Positions 9,273 through 19,439 of a stretch of 64,000 nucleotides of DNA are shown piece by piece (the stretch's first letter is position 1; each line of letters begins with the position of its first letter). This DNA comes from Spirochaetia bacterium (GTDB taxonomy: Bacteria; Spirochaetota; Spirochaetia; CADAEX01), in the NCBI GenBank assembly GCA_045606105.1, contig JAZURI010000002.1, positions 1 through 64,000 of the forward strand. Direction: 5' to 3'. A program made the position numbers and the translations under genes. Under the pieces are notes generated by a model. That model searched no databases, was not told the origin of the DNA, and saw only the letters and a program-made list of their open reading frames with translations.

Positions 9273-10709
9273 ATGGAATCTAAAAGTATTTTTACAAACT
9301 TATCACCTTTGGATCACAGATATTATATTGCAAACAAGGCTGTTTTTGACGAGCTTGCAAAATATCTCTCCGAAGATGCGGTTGTACGCTATTCTGCCAA
9401 GGCAGAAGGGGCACTTGTAAAGACCCATGTGTTCCTGCGTCATGCCGATCCCGAAAAATATTATTCTGTCATAGACGAAGCAATGGAAAAGGTTGCTCCG
9501 GATGAGGTATATGAGGAAGAGGAGAAGACCCAGCACAATCTCAGGGCTCTGGTGAATGTCATCAAGCGTTATATGCCTGAGGAGTTTAAGCCTTATGTTC
9601 ATCTCGGTGCTACTTCCGTTGATATCATGGATACATCTGCCGCAATGAGAATCAGGGATGCCGTAAGAAATGTCATCCTTCCTCTCATGATTGAGGTGGA
9701 GAACCTGCTGGTAAGGATTGCCGGCGAAGAGGCTGCCACACCGCAGGTCGGAAGAACCCACGGTCAGCATGCAGTTCCTATAACACTGGGATTTGCCCTT
9801 TCGGAATATGTTTCCCGTTTCGGAAAATCCATTGTTGAAATTGAAAGACTTTCAGGAACTCTCAGAGGAAAGCTTGCAGGTGCTGTAGGTGCCTATAACT
9901 CCACCAGCCTTATGGTAAAGGATCCTGAGGCAATGGAGAGAAAATATCTTGAATTCCTGGGACTGGAGCCGTCAGAGCATTCCACACAGCTTGTGGAGCC
10001 GGAATATCTGCTGAGGCTTATCCTTGAGATCAATACAGCATTCGGTATTCTTGCAAACCTTGCCGATGACCTCAGAAACCTCCAGCGTTCCGAAATCTCG
10101 GAGCTCCGTGAAATGTTCATATCCACACAGGTCGGGTCATCCACCATGCCTCAGAAGAGAAATCCATGGAACAGTGAACATATAAAAAGCCTCTGGAAAG
10201 CATTTGCACCACGCATCATGACTTTCTTCATGGATCAGATATCAGACCATCAGAGGGACCTTACCAACTCGGCATCATCCCGCTTTGTTTCAGATTACCT
10301 TGCGGGCTTCAGTGCTGCCGTCAACAGAATGAAAAAAGTACTTGCCTCACTTCATGTGGACAAGGAACGCCTCATGAGCAACCTCTCTTTTACAGGAGAC
10401 CTGGTTCTTGCCGAGGCAGCATATATTCTCCTTTCCTGCGGAGGAGAAAGCGATGCCCACGAAATCATCAGGAAAATCACTCTTGAAAGTGAAAGGACCG
10501 GTGAAAGAATGTGTGCCATCATGAAAAAGGATGAAAAGATCTGGAATTCCATCAGGAGCCAGATGGAAAAGACTGTAGGAACCGAGCCTGAAGAATTTTT
10601 CAGCAAGCCTGAGCTCTATCGCGGAAGAGCAGCAGCAAAGGCTCAGCAGTTATCGGAAAAATATAAGAAAACAATGGAAGATGTAAAAAAACTTCTGGAG
10701 GAAAAATGA
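9273..10709 (+). CDS. purB: Adenylosuccinate lyase
   Basis: SPLDHRY, HLGATS, GRTHGQHA and GSSTMPQKRNP signature. Confidence 0.93.
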   Translation: MESKSIFTNLSPLDHRYYIANKAVFDELAKYLSEDAVVRYSAKAEGALVKTHVFLRHADPEKYYSVIDEAMEKVAPDEVYEEEEKTQHNLRALVNVIKRYMPEEFKPYVHLGATSVDIMDTSAAMRIRDAVRNVILPLMIEVENLLVRIAGEEAATPQVGRTHGQHAVPITLGFALSEYVSRFGKSIVEIERLSGTLRGKLAGAVGAYNSTSLMVKDPEAMERKYLEFLGLEPSEHSTQLVEPEYLLRLILEINTAFGILANLADDLRNLQRSEISELREMFISTQVGSSTMPQKRNPWNSEHIKSLWKAFAPRIMTFFMDQISDHQRDLTNSASSRFVSDYLAGFSAAVNRMKKVLASLHVDKERLMSNLSFTGDLVLAEAAYILLSCGGESDAHEIIRKITLESERTGERMCAIMKKDEKIWNSIRSQMEKTVGTEPEEFFSKPELYRGRAAAKAQQLSEKYKKTMEDVKKLLEEK

Positions 10710-12148
10710 GTATTGAAATTCGTGAAGGACTGAGTTTTGACGATGTGCTTCTTGTTCCGGGATATACAGAGGTTGCACCCGGAGATATCTGTGTAAAGAC
10801 AAGACTTGTAAAAGACATTTATCTCAATGTTCCCGTACTTTCGGCTGCCATGGATACCGTAACCGATTCAAGGCTTGCCATTGCACTGGCCCTGGAAGGG
10901 GGAGTCGGAGTTATCCACAGGAACTTCAGACCTGAACAGCAGGCTGAAGAGGTGGCCAAGGTAAAGAAATTCCTTAACTGGATCATCAAGGATCCTGCTG
11001 TAATCAACCATAATGCCACTGTAGCAGATCTCCGCCGCATAATGGATGCAAATCATGCCACAGGTATTCCTGTAGTAAACAGAAACAAGAGACTCTGCGG
11101 TATCATTACCTCAAGGGACCTCCGTTTCGTAAAGGATGATTCCATTCCTATCAAGGATCTCATGGTAAGAAAGCCTATCGTTATCGTAGGAAACCCTACA
11201 GTTGAACAGGCTGAAAAGAAGTTCGACAGATACAAGATCGAAAAACTTCCTGTAGTGGATGAAAAAGGCTATGTAACAGGTCTTCTCACATATCGCGACC
11301 TGGACAAGAAGAGACTTCATCCTTATGCCGTTACAGACAAGAGCGGAAGACTTCTGGTAGGTGCCGCAATTTCACCAAGGGATTATGCTGTAAGAATTCC
11401 GCTTCTCATCAACGCAGGAGCAGATTTCGTGGTGATGGATACAGCAACAGGAGATACAAAGGAATCTGCTGCAGCCATTACAGATATCAAGAAAAAGTTC
11501 TCTATTCCGGTTATCGGAGGAAATACAGTTACAGCTGCAGCCACAAGACGCCTTATCGATGCAGGTGCCGATGCGGTAAAGATCGGTGTAGGTCCGGGCT
11601 CAATCTGTACAACAAGAATCATTTCAGGCTGCGGTATGCCTCAGTTCACAGCTGTTTACGACTGTGCCGAAGAGGCTGACAAATCAGGTATTCCTGTAAT
11701 CGCAGACGGTGGTATCAAGTATTCCGGAGATATTGTAAAGGCTATTGCCGCCGGTGCTTCAACAGTAATGATCGGAAACCTTTTTGCAGGTCTTAAGGAG
11801 TCTCCTGGTCGTGAAATCATCTATGAAGGACGTATCTTCAAGGAGTACAGAGGTATGGGATCTCTCAGTGCAATCTGTGCAGGTTCCGGAGACCGTTACC
11901 AGATGAAGGCAGGAGAGGATCCTGTTCCTGAAGGAATTGAAGGACGTGTTGCATTCAAGGGAGAGCTGAAGCCTTATCTGCACCAGCTCATTACCGGTGT
12001 CAAAAAGGGAATGGCATACTGTGGCTGCAGAAATATCGAGGAATTCAGAAATTACAAGCAGTTTATCAGAATTACAGGGGCCGGACTCAGAGAAAGTCAT
12101 GTTCATGATGTATCTATTACACATGAAGCTCCGAATTACAGCAAATAA
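10706..12148 (+). CDS. guaB: IMP dehydrogenase with CBS pair
   Basis: [25 protein letters not shown] (catalytic Cys), ADGGI, YRGMGS and PEG. ATGA overlap with purB. Confidence 0.9.
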   Translation: MSIEIREGLSFDDVLLVPGYTEVAPGDICVKTRLVKDIYLNVPVLSAAMDTVTDSRLAIALALEGGVGVIHRNFRPEQQAEEVAKVKKFLNWIIKDPAVINHNATVADLRRIMDANHATGIPVVNRNKRLCGIITSRDLRFVKDDSIPIKDLMVRKPIVIVGNPTVEQAEKKFDRYKIEKLPVVDEKGYVTGLLTYRDLDKKRLHPYAVTDKSGRLLVGAAISPRDYAVRIPLLINAGADFVVMDTATGDTKESAAAITDIKKKFSIPVIGGNTVTAAATRRLIDAGADAVKIGVGPGSICTTRIISGCGMPQFTAVYDCAEEADKSGIPVIADGGIKYSGDIVKAIAAGASTVMIGNLFAGLKESPGREIIYEGRIFKEYRGMGSLSAICAGSGDRYQMKAGEDPVPEGIEGRVAFKGELKPYLHQLITGVKKGMAYCGCRNIEEFRNYKQFIRITGAGLRESHVHDVSITHEAPNYSK

Positions 12149-12175
12149 TACCGATTAAAGGGAGATAGTTGAAAA

Positions 12176-13402
12176 ATGAACGTAGTAGTTATTGGTGCAC
12201 AATGGGGTGATGAAGGAAAAGGAAAGATTGTAGACTTTCTTGCAGATGAGGCAAGCGTGGTTACAAGATATTCCGGAGGAGCTAATGCCGGACATACCAT
12301 TGTCCACAACGATATTACATATAAGCTTCACCTTGTACCATCCGGAATTGTTTATCCGGGCAAGACAGTAATCCTGGGAACAGGTATGGTTATTGATCTT
12401 GAATCCCTTTTCGGAGAACTCAAGACTCTTGAAGAGCAGGGAGTGGAATGGAAGGGAAGAGTTTTCATTTCAGAGAGAGCTCACCTTATTTTCCCTTCAT
12501 ACAAGCAGAAGGACCTTGATATGGAAAAGGAACGCCGCAATCCTATCGGAACCACCGGAAGAGGAATCGGTGTTGCATATGCATTCAAGGCATACAGGGA
12601 CGGTGTAAGAGCCGGAGATATCTTCAATCCTGATGTAATGAACACACTTACAGATGAGGAAAAGGCCTTTATCGACAATTACAAGGCAGACCTCAAGGAA
12701 ATGGTAGTGGACATGGTTTCCTTCATGGCTGCAAGAAAGGATGAAAACAAGCTGTTCGAAGGGGCTCAGGGCTCACTTCTCGATATCGATACAGGAACAT
12801 ATCCGTATGTTTCCTCCGGTTATTCCAATGCTTCCGGTGCATGCTCAGGCGGCGGTATCGGTCCTAAGGAAATCGACTCCATCTACGGTGTATTCAAGGC
12901 ATATACAACAAGAGTAGGTAACGGTCCGTTCCCTACAGAATTTGATCCGGTTTCAGAAGGGGAGCTGGAAAACAAGGTTCGTGTAACAGGCCGCGAATAC
13001 GGTGTTACAACAGGCCGTGCCCGCAGATGCGGTTACCTTGACCTGGTGGCACTCAGATATACATGCCGTGTCAATTCCCTTGATAACCTGGTTCTTACCC
13101 ATCTCGATATTTATGATGACATGGATGAGGTTAAGGTTTGTACAGCTTACGAATATGAAGGACAGATCATTACAGATTTCCCTTCAAGAATCGATATCCT
13201 TGAAAAGGCAAAGCCGGTTTACGAAACCTTCAAGGGCTGGAAGGAAAAGATTTCAGATATCAGAAAATATGAGGATCTTCCTCAGAAGGCCAGGGAATAT
13301 GTGGAATTTATCGAAAAATACACAGAAACCCCTGTTTCCATCATTTCTGTAGGATACAGAAGAGAAGATACCATGATCAGAAAGGATATCTGGGCAAAAT
13401 AA
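12176..13402 (+). CDS. purA: Adenylosuccinate synthetase
   Basis: QWGDEGKGK, GANAGHT, IGTTGRGIG, EGAQG and GVTTGRARR motifs. Confidence 0.96.
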   Translation: MNVVVIGAQWGDEGKGKIVDFLADEASVVTRYSGGANAGHTIVHNDITYKLHLVPSGIVYPGKTVILGTGMVIDLESLFGELKTLEEQGVEWKGRVFISERAHLIFPSYKQKDLDMEKERRNPIGTTGRGIGVAYAFKAYRDGVRAGDIFNPDVMNTLTDEEKAFIDNYKADLKEMVVDMVSFMAARKDENKLFEGAQGSLLDIDTGTYPYVSSGYSNASGACSGGGIGPKEIDSIYGVFKAYTTRVGNGPFPTEFDPVSEGELENKVRVTGREYGVTTGRARRCGYLDLVALRYTCRVNSLDNLVLTHLDIYDDMDEVKVCTAYEYEGQIITDFPSRIDILEKAKPVYETFKGWKEKISDIRKYEDLPQKAREYVEFIEKYTETPVSIISVGYRREDTMIRKDIWAK

Positions 13403-13424
13403 GCTTTTTATATAAATAAAGGAT

Positions 13425-13461
13425 GGGGGATTGGTTGGTAAACAGCCGGTCCCTTTTTTTT
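13425..13461 (+). terminator. Intrinsic terminator after purA
   Basis: GGGATTGGTTG-GTAAA-CAGCCGGTCCC (with G-U pairs) followed by T8. Confidence 0.75.
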
Positions 13462-13470
13462 AGGGACAAT

Positions 13471-13962
13471 ATGGAATTTACGGAAATAAGGACAGAGGAC
13501 AGCCGACTGGAGGAGCTTTCTTCCATGGCCGTCAAAATTGTCAAGGAGTATTACGATCCTCTTCTCGGACCTGAACAGAATGACTACATGATAGAGAAGT
13601 TTCAGTCTGTTAAGGCAATAAAGGGACAGCTTGAGCACGGATACAGGTATTTTATAGTAAGCCTTGACGGGATAAATCTGGGTTTTCTGGCATTTTATCC
13701 AAGAAACAACGCCCTCTACCTCAGCAAATTTTATCTTTATGCAGAGCACAGGGGCAAGGGCTATGCATCCCATATAATCGGATTTCTTAAGGAAATGGCA
13801 GTTGAGCTGGGTCTTAAAAGCATAGAGCTGAATGTAAACAAATACAATAAAAGCCGTTTTATTTACGAGAAGCTTGGATTTGTAAAGATTGCGGATGAAA
13901 AGAATGATATAGGCTCCGGTTATTTTATGGATGACTATGTCTATTCCATGATATTATATTAG
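13471..13962 (+). CDS. GNAT family N-acetyltransferase
   Basis: LSKFYL...RGKGYA acetyl-CoA motif and VNKYN...YEKLGF. Start moved to ATG 13471 (AGGGA SD) downstream of the terminator. Confidence 0.88.
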   Translation: MEFTEIRTEDSRLEELSSMAVKIVKEYYDPLLGPEQNDYMIEKFQSVKAIKGQLEHGYRYFIVSLDGINLGFLAFYPRNNALYLSKFYLYAEHRGKGYASHIIGFLKEMAVELGLKSIELNVNKYNKSRFIYEKLGFVKIADEKNDIGSGYFMDDYVYSMILY

Positions 13963-13966
13963 AAGT

Positions 13967-15373
13967 ATGAAGAAAACTTATATAACCAGAATGCCGGACA
14001 GCTCAGGCTCATTCCTGATTGCCAGCAATATCATTTCCGAAAACAGCGGAAGGATTGTAAGAGTCAACTATAACAAGGCTGTGGATGTACATACCTTGTT
14101 CGTAGAGGTGGATGCTTCCGAGGAAGCACATGCCGTTATTGCCGGAAAACTGAAGGAAAAGGGTTATATCTCGGGCCTGTTTGAAAACATGCAGGTAATT
14201 ATGGTGCTTGTCCGTACCGACAGGAAAGCATCCATAAATCCCGTACTGGAAATTATCAACAGGTACAATGTAAACATCACATACATAAACTTTACCGAAA
14301 CCGATGCCCCAAAACAGGAATTCAGGTTGGGGCTTATTTCTGACAGGTCAGGGGAACTCAAGGAGATGATAGATGAGATTTCCACTGTAACAGAAATAAG
14401 GATTCTTGATTACAAGGTCACCGACGGGCTTCTGGACGGTACGGTTTTCTATCTTTCCTTTGCCAATGAAATGAGGGAGATTCTCGGCCTTTCCCAGGAT
14501 AATGTAAACAAGCTCATTATCGAAGCCAACAAGCTTATGCAGATCATGGACGGAGAGAAGAAGTTTCCTATTCAGACCTTTGATTATATCCGTCGGTTCG
14601 CGGAATTTGTAAAGAACCGGAAAGGGGGAGGCTTCAATGCCAGGATAAACAGTTACCGGCTGGATAAGGATATAACTCTTCTGTCGGTGGAGCCTCCCTG
14701 CGGAAGCAATTCCTATATTATCGAATACGGAGATGAGCTGCTCTTTGTGGACTGCGGTTTAGCATGTTACAGAATGGAAATGGAAAATATCCTGTATCAG
14801 TATTTTCCTGACTATGAGAAGCGGAAGAAGACACTGCTGCTTACCCACGGCGATGTAGACCATACCGGACTTCATGCCATGTTTGACAAGATATACATGA
14901 ACAGGGACTGCTACGAGAATTTTGTATATCAGGTGAAAGGGAAACCCGATTTCAGGGAACAGAACACACGGCATAATCCTTTCTGTGTCCTTATGAAGAT
15001 GATTTCAGGCTATATTCCTCCCGAACTTGACAAGTGTGTGGTTATAGGAGAAAAGAAGAATAAGGAAATGTTGTCCTATATCGGAACCCTGGAGTTTGCC
15101 GGAAAGAAATTTGAGTTCTACGAAGGAAACGGAGGGCATGTAAAAGGGGATACAGTCATAGTCTGTCCCGAACTCAAGCTGATATTCACAGGTGATATCT
15201 ACGTGAACATAAAAGGATTTTCCTATGAGCAGAAGGAATTCAACAGTCTGGCTCCTTTCCTCATGTCCGGAGTGGATACCCTTCCTGCCGAAGCTCTCAG
15301 GCTCAGGACCTATATCAGGGAAAAGTACAAGGGGTATATCACCTGTCCGGGACACGGTTCCGTACAGCTTTAA
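13967..15373 (+). CDS. MBL-fold metallo-hydrolase with N-terminal ACT-like domains
   Basis: VDCG, THGDVDH, GGH, FTGD and PGHG motifs of the metallo-beta-lactamase fold. The N-terminal ~150 aa resembles two ACT-type repeats (inference). Confidence 0.75.
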   Translation: MKKTYITRMPDSSGSFLIASNIISENSGRIVRVNYNKAVDVHTLFVEVDASEEAHAVIAGKLKEKGYISGLFENMQVIMVLVRTDRKASINPVLEIINRYNVNITYINFTETDAPKQEFRLGLISDRSGELKEMIDEISTVTEIRILDYKVTDGLLDGTVFYLSFANEMREILGLSQDNVNKLIIEANKLMQIMDGEKKFPIQTFDYIRRFAEFVKNRKGGGFNARINSYRLDKDITLLSVEPPCGSNSYIIEYGDELLFVDCGLACYRMEMENILYQYFPDYEKRKKTLLLTHGDVDHTGLHAMFDKIYMNRDCYENFVYQVKGKPDFREQNTRHNPFCVLMKMISGYIPPELDKCVVIGEKKNKEMLSYIGTLEFAGKKFEFYEGNGGHVKGDTVIVCPELKLIFTGDIYVNIKGFSYEQKEFNSLAPFLMSGVDTLPAEALRLRTYIREKYKGYITCPGHGSVQL

Positions 15374-15378
15374 AGCAG

Positions 15379-15411
15379 AAAAAAGGCAGGTTCTTCACCT
15401 GCCTTTTTTTT
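15379..15411. terminator. Bidirectional intrinsic terminator between the MBL gene and hcp
   Basis: AAAAAAGGCAGGT-TCTTC-ACCTGCCTTTTTTTT, with an A-run on the left and a T-run on the right. Confidence 0.88.
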
Positions 15412-16981
15412 ATCCGAGGATTTTTTTCAGATCCTCTTCCGGGGTGCTTACCGGAGTTATGTTGTAGTTTTCCACCAGTATGTCGAGAACATTCGGTGAA
15501 ACAAAGGCCGGCAGGGAAGGTCCCAGATAGATGTTTTTGATTCCCAGATAAAGAAGAGTAAGAAGGATACATACCGCCTTCTGTTCATACCATGAAAGAA
15601 TCAAGGAAAGGGGAAGCTCGTTTACGCTGCAGCCGAATGCATCTGCCAAGGCAACTGCAACCTTGATGGCGCTGTATGCATCGTTGCACTGTCCCATATC
15701 CATGATTCTCGGAAGTCCTCCGACAGTTCCTGCATCAATGTCATTGAATCTGAATTTTCCGCAGGCAAGGGTAAGGATTACGGTATCTGCCGGAGTCTGC
15801 TTTACAAAATCTGTATAGTAGTTGCGTCCCGGCTTTGCTCCGTCACATCCTCCCACCAGGAAGAAATGCTTTATTGCTCCGCTTTTTACTGCTTCAATAA
15901 CCTTGTCGGCAACAGAAAGAACTGTATTGTGTCCGAAGCCGGTCATAACCTTGGTACCGCCGTTTATACCTGTAAACTGTTTGTTTTCAGGGTAGCCACC
16001 CAGCTCCAGGGCCTTTTCGATTACCGGTGTGAAATCAAGATCTGCTCCGATGTGTCTGATTTCAGGGTAGGAAACCAGTTCTGTTGTAAAAACACGGTCT
16101 GCATAGCTTGCTTTAGGGGGCATCAGGCAGTTTGTGGTAAAAAGAACCGGTGCCGGCACATCTGCAAACTCTTTCTGCTGATTCTGCCATGCTGTTCCGA
16201 AATTTCCCTTGAGATGAGGATATTTCCTAAGCTCTGGATATCCGTGTGCCGGAAGCATCTCTCCGTGGGTATAGATGTTGATTCCTTTCCCTTCAGTCTG
16301 TTCAAGGAGTTTTTTAAGATCGTAGAGATCGTGCCCGGAAATAATGATGAACGGCCCTTTTTCAATCTGCAGGCTCACTTCCGCAGGGGCAGGATGGCCG
16401 TATGATTCCGTATTGGCCCGGTCAAGGAGTTCCATGCACTTGAGGTTGATTTCTCCCACCTCCATCACCACAGGAAGGAGCTCATCTGTCGCGTATTTGT
16501 CATTTCCCAATGCTGCCAGGGCCTTGTAGAAAAAGCGGTTTACAGCTTCGTCCCTGTAACCGAGAACCTCGGCATGATATGCGTAAGCTGCCATACCCCG
16601 GATACCGAACAGAATAAGGGATTTAAGGGATCTGATATCCTCATTTCCTTCCCATATCTTATTTACATCGTAACAGCGGGAGCATCTGCTGAATTTCTTT
16701 GCTTCGCTTCTGATTTTTTCATTCATGGCTTCTACGGTTTCGTTGTTGAAATTTACATTTGTAACGGTTGTGAACAAACCTTCGATAACAAGCCTGTCCG
16801 TATCTGCCGTAATAAGCTCCGGTTTCTTCAATGCAGAAACTGCAAGCCCGATCATTGTTCCTGTAAGCTTGTCCTGAAGGGCAGCTGTATCAGATTTCTT
16901 GCCGCATACACCGGCACTTCCCATGCAGCCTTTACATCCGGCTGTCTGTTCGCACTGAAAGCAGAACATCTTGTTTTCCAT
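15410..16981 (-). CDS. hcp: Hybrid cluster protein (hydroxylamine/NO reductase)
   Basis: MFCFQCEQTAGCKGC...GVCGK N-terminus, plus SGHDL, THGEMLPAH, GGCDG, GQCND and WYEQKA. True start at 16981 after AGGAGA. Confidence 0.96.
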   Translation of the reverse strand: MENKMFCFQCEQTAGCKGCMGSAGVCGKKSDTAALQDKLTGTMIGLAVSALKKPELITADTDRLVIEGLFTTVTNVNFNNETVEAMNEKIRSEAKKFSRCSRCYDVNKIWEGNEDIRSLKSLILFGIRGMAAYAYHAEVLGYRDEAVNRFFYKALAALGNDKYATDELLPVVMEVGEINLKCMELLDRANTESYGHPAPAEVSLQIEKGPFIIISGHDLYDLKKLLEQTEGKGINIYTHGEMLPAHGYPELRKYPHLKGNFGTAWQNQQKEFADVPAPVLFTTNCLMPPKASYADRVFTTELVSYPEIRHIGADLDFTPVIEKALELGGYPENKQFTGINGGTKVMTGFGHNTVLSVADKVIEAVKSGAIKHFFLVGGCDGAKPGRNYYTDFVKQTPADTVILTLACGKFRFNDIDAGTVGGLPRIMDMGQCNDAYSAIKVAVALADAFGCSVNELPLSLILSWYEQKAVCILLTLLYLGIKNIYLGPSLPAFVSPNVLDILVENYNITPVSTPEEDLKKILG

Positions 16982-16992
16982 ATTGAATCTCC

Positions 16993-17661
16993 TTATATTT
17001 CCTTTTCTTCCGATATCTTTCCGTCTGTGGAGACAGTTACAACTCTGCAAGGCAACTGTTTGCCGGATGCTGCCAAAGCCTTGGCAACCGCATATTCTAT
17101 TCCTCCGCAGCACGGAACCTCCATCCTGGCAACGGTTATGCTTCTGATTTCATTGTTTCTGATGATTTCAGTAAGCTTTTCCGAATAATCCACCGAATCC
17201 AGCTTCGGACATCCCATAAGGGTAATTCTCCCTTTCATTAACCTGTTGTGGAAATCTCCGAATGCAAATGCGGTACAGTCGGCAGCCACAAGCAGGTCTG
17301 AATTCCGGAACCAAGGTGCATTTACAGGTACCAGCTTTATCTGAACCGGCCACTGTCTGAGTGCTCCTTCCATGCTCCTGGCCATTTTTCCGGGACATCC
17401 GAAAGAGATTATTTTCCCCTTATCCTGCTTTGCCGCTTCCACCTCCTTCTCGTCGTAAGGGGCTGCTTCCCTTGTTTCAAAGGAAATAGCACCGGTAGGA
17501 CATGCAGGAAGACAGTCGCCTAGACCGTCGCAGTAGTTTTCCTTAAGCAGTTCCGCTTTGCCGTCCACCATTCCGATTGCCCCCTCGTGACACGCAGTGA
17601 CACAGGCTCCGCATCCGTTGCATTTATCTCTATTTATTCTGATTATTTTTCTTATCATCAT
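16993..17661 (-). CDS. Hcp-associated 2x[4Fe-4S] ferredoxin-domain protein
   Basis: CNGCGACVTACHEG and CDGLGDCLPACP, with a C-terminal domain QWPVQIKL...AADC...GCPKLD...MEVPCCGG. Start at 17661 after AAGGAGA. Confidence 0.85.
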   Translation of the reverse strand: MMIRKIIRINRDKCNGCGACVTACHEGAIGMVDGKAELLKENYCDGLGDCLPACPTGAISFETREAAPYDEKEVEAAKQDKGKIISFGCPGKMARSMEGALRQWPVQIKLVPVNAPWFRNSDLLVAADCTAFAFGDFHNRLMKGRITLMGCPKLDSVDYSEKLTEIIRNNEIRSITVARMEVPCCGGIEYAVAKALAASGKQLPCRVVTVSTDGKISEEKEI

Positions 17662-17712
17662 TTTCTCCTTGATTGCTGATTGAATACTAAACAGCTTTCT
17701 GATTAAAATATA

Positions 17713-17724
17713 TTGAAATTTCAA
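17713..17724. promoter_or_regulatory. Perfect palindrome TTGAAATTTCAA, candidate operator of the adjacent Crp/Fnr regulator
   Basis: 12-bp palindrome in the 78-bp divergent gap between the ferredoxin-hcp operon and the regulator. Confidence 0.5.
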
Positions 17725-17739
17725 CAGGAAGTTAAATTT

Positions 17740-18399
17740 ATGAAAAAATATCTGGAAATTCTGAAGAAATGTGTTCTTTTCAATGATATTGCCGATGAAA
17801 ATCTGATGGCCATGCTGGGGTGCATGGGGGCTGTGAAAAAGGAAATTCCGAAAGGGAAGGTGATTTTTGCCACAGGAGACAGGGTCAGGGAGCTGGGAAT
17901 TGTCCTGGAAGGGAAAATTCAGCTGGAAAGAATAGATTATAATGGAAACAGAAGTATAGTTTCCGAAGCAGGACCCTCTGCAGTCTTTGCCGAAATTTAT
18001 GCCTGTTCCGACATCGATTTTCTCCCGGTGGATGTGGTTGCCTCGGAAGATTCGGTAATTCTTGCCGTGGATGCAAGACGAATCACCGGAACCTGTTCCA
18101 ATGCTTGTATTTTCCATAAGCAGATTATTTTCAACCTGCTCAAGACAGTAGCTATGAAAGGGGTTCTTTTTGACAGGAAAATAGAAATAATATCCAAGCG
18201 TTTTACAAGGGAAAAGCTCCTGACTTACCTTGATATGGAAGCAAAGAGGAACGGAAGCCGCCGTTTTGTCATTCCTTACAGCAGACAGGAGCTGGCTGAT
18301 TACCTGGAAGTCGAAAGAAGCGGGCTTTCTTCAGAAATCGGAAAACTTTGCAGGGAAGGAATAATAGAATGTGTCAGGAATGAATTCTTTTTAAAATAA
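17740..18399 (+). CDS. Crp/Fnr family transcriptional regulator (HcpR-like)
   Basis: cNMP-binding-like domain and C-terminal HTH (SRQELADYLEVERSGLS). Divergent from the hcp operon. Confidence 0.88.
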   Translation: MKKYLEILKKCVLFNDIADENLMAMLGCMGAVKKEIPKGKVIFATGDRVRELGIVLEGKIQLERIDYNGNRSIVSEAGPSAVFAEIYACSDIDFLPVDVVASEDSVILAVDARRITGTCSNACIFHKQIIFNLLKTVAMKGVLFDRKIEIISKRFTREKLLTYLDMEAKRNGSRRFVIPYSRQELADYLEVERSGLSSEIGKLCREGIIECVRNEFFLK

Positions 18400-18409
18400 T
18401 TAAAGTATA

Positions 18410-18438
18410 TTGAAAAAATTACATACATATTATAGAAT
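18410..18438 (+). promoter_or_regulatory. Putative sigma70 promoter of the TAXI operon
   Basis: TTGAAA-17-TAGAAT, followed by a leader with SD AGGAG. Confidence 0.65.
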
Positions 18439-18470
18439 TAAGCAAATTGGTACAATTTTTAGGAGATAAC

Positions 18471-19439
18471 ATGAAAAAAGGACTCAAAATCGTGGTTCTT
18501 GCTCTCAGCGTTGCAATTCTTTTTGCGAGCTGCGGTAAGAATGATGGTGCAGGAAAAAAGAAGAACTTTATTCTTGCTACAGGTGGAACAAGCGGTACTT
18601 ACTATCCTTTCGGCGGTGCAATCGCCAACATCTGGAACACAAAGATTGCTAACATGAACGTAACAGCACAGGCTACAGGTGCTTCAGCTGAAAACCTTCG
18701 TCTCATCAGCTCCGGCGATGCAGAATTTGCTATTGTTCAGAATGACGTAATGGACTATGCATATAACGGAAGCGACATGTTCAACGGTCAGAAACTTCCT
18801 AACCTTGCAACAATCGGTACACTTTATCCTGAAGTTGTTCAGATTGCTGCTGCAAACGGAAGCTCCATTGCCAAGATCGGAGATTTCGCAGGAAAGCGTA
18901 TTTCTATCGGTGATGCAGGAAGCGGTGTAGAATTCAACGCAACACAGATCATCAACGGTTACGGTCTCAAGATCAGCGATATCAAGAAAAACAACCTTTC
19001 ATTCAAGGAATCAGCAGACGGTATCCAGAACGGAACTCTCGATGCTTGTTTCGTAACAGCAGGTGTTCCTAATGCTGCTCTCCAGGAGCTTGCTTTCACA
19101 GCAGGACTCGTTCTCGTTCCTGTTGAGGGAGCTGCTGCCGACAAGATCTGCAAGCAGTATCCTTTCTATACAAAGACAATCATTCCTGCAGGTACATACC
19201 GCGGAACAGACAAGGATACACCGGCTCTCGCAATCAAGGCTACACTTGCTGTAAGTGCAAAGCTTGATGAAGAGACAGTTTATCAGATGACAAAGGCTCT
19301 CTTTGAAAACCTTGACGAGCTCGGAAACGCTCATGCAAAGGGTAAGGAAGTAAGTGCAAAGGCTGCTGTAACAGGTATTTCCGTTCCACTCCATCCGGGT
19401 GCACAGAAATACTTCAAAGAATTAGGTCTTGTTAAATAA
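18471..19439 (+). CDS. TAXI-family TRAP transporter substrate-binding lipoprotein
   Basis: Lipobox ILFASC, ATGGTSGTYYPFG, GASAEN and PLHPGA. ATG 18471 follows AGGAG. Confidence 0.93.
   Translation: MKKGLKIVVLALSVAILFASCGKNDGAGKKKNFILATGGTSGTYYPFGGAIANIWNTKIANMNVTAQATGASAENLRLISSGDAEFAIVQNDVMDYAYNGSDMFNGQKLPNLATIGTLYPEVVQIAAANGSSIAKIGDFAGKRISIGDAGSGVEFNATQIINGYGLKISDIKKNNLSFKESADGIQNGTLDACFVTAGVPNAALQELAFTAGLVLVPVEGAAADKICKQYPFYTKTIIPAGTYRGTDKDTPALAIKATLAVSAKLDEETVYQMTKALFENLDELGNAHAKGKEVSAKAAVTGISVPLHPGAQKYFKELGLVK

Noticed and set aside
16982-18117. Long N-terminal extensions in the ORF track for hcp (17113) and the ferredoxin gene (18117)
   Set aside because: They overlap neighbouring real genes. 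SD-preceded ATGs at 16981 and 17661 match the family N-termini.
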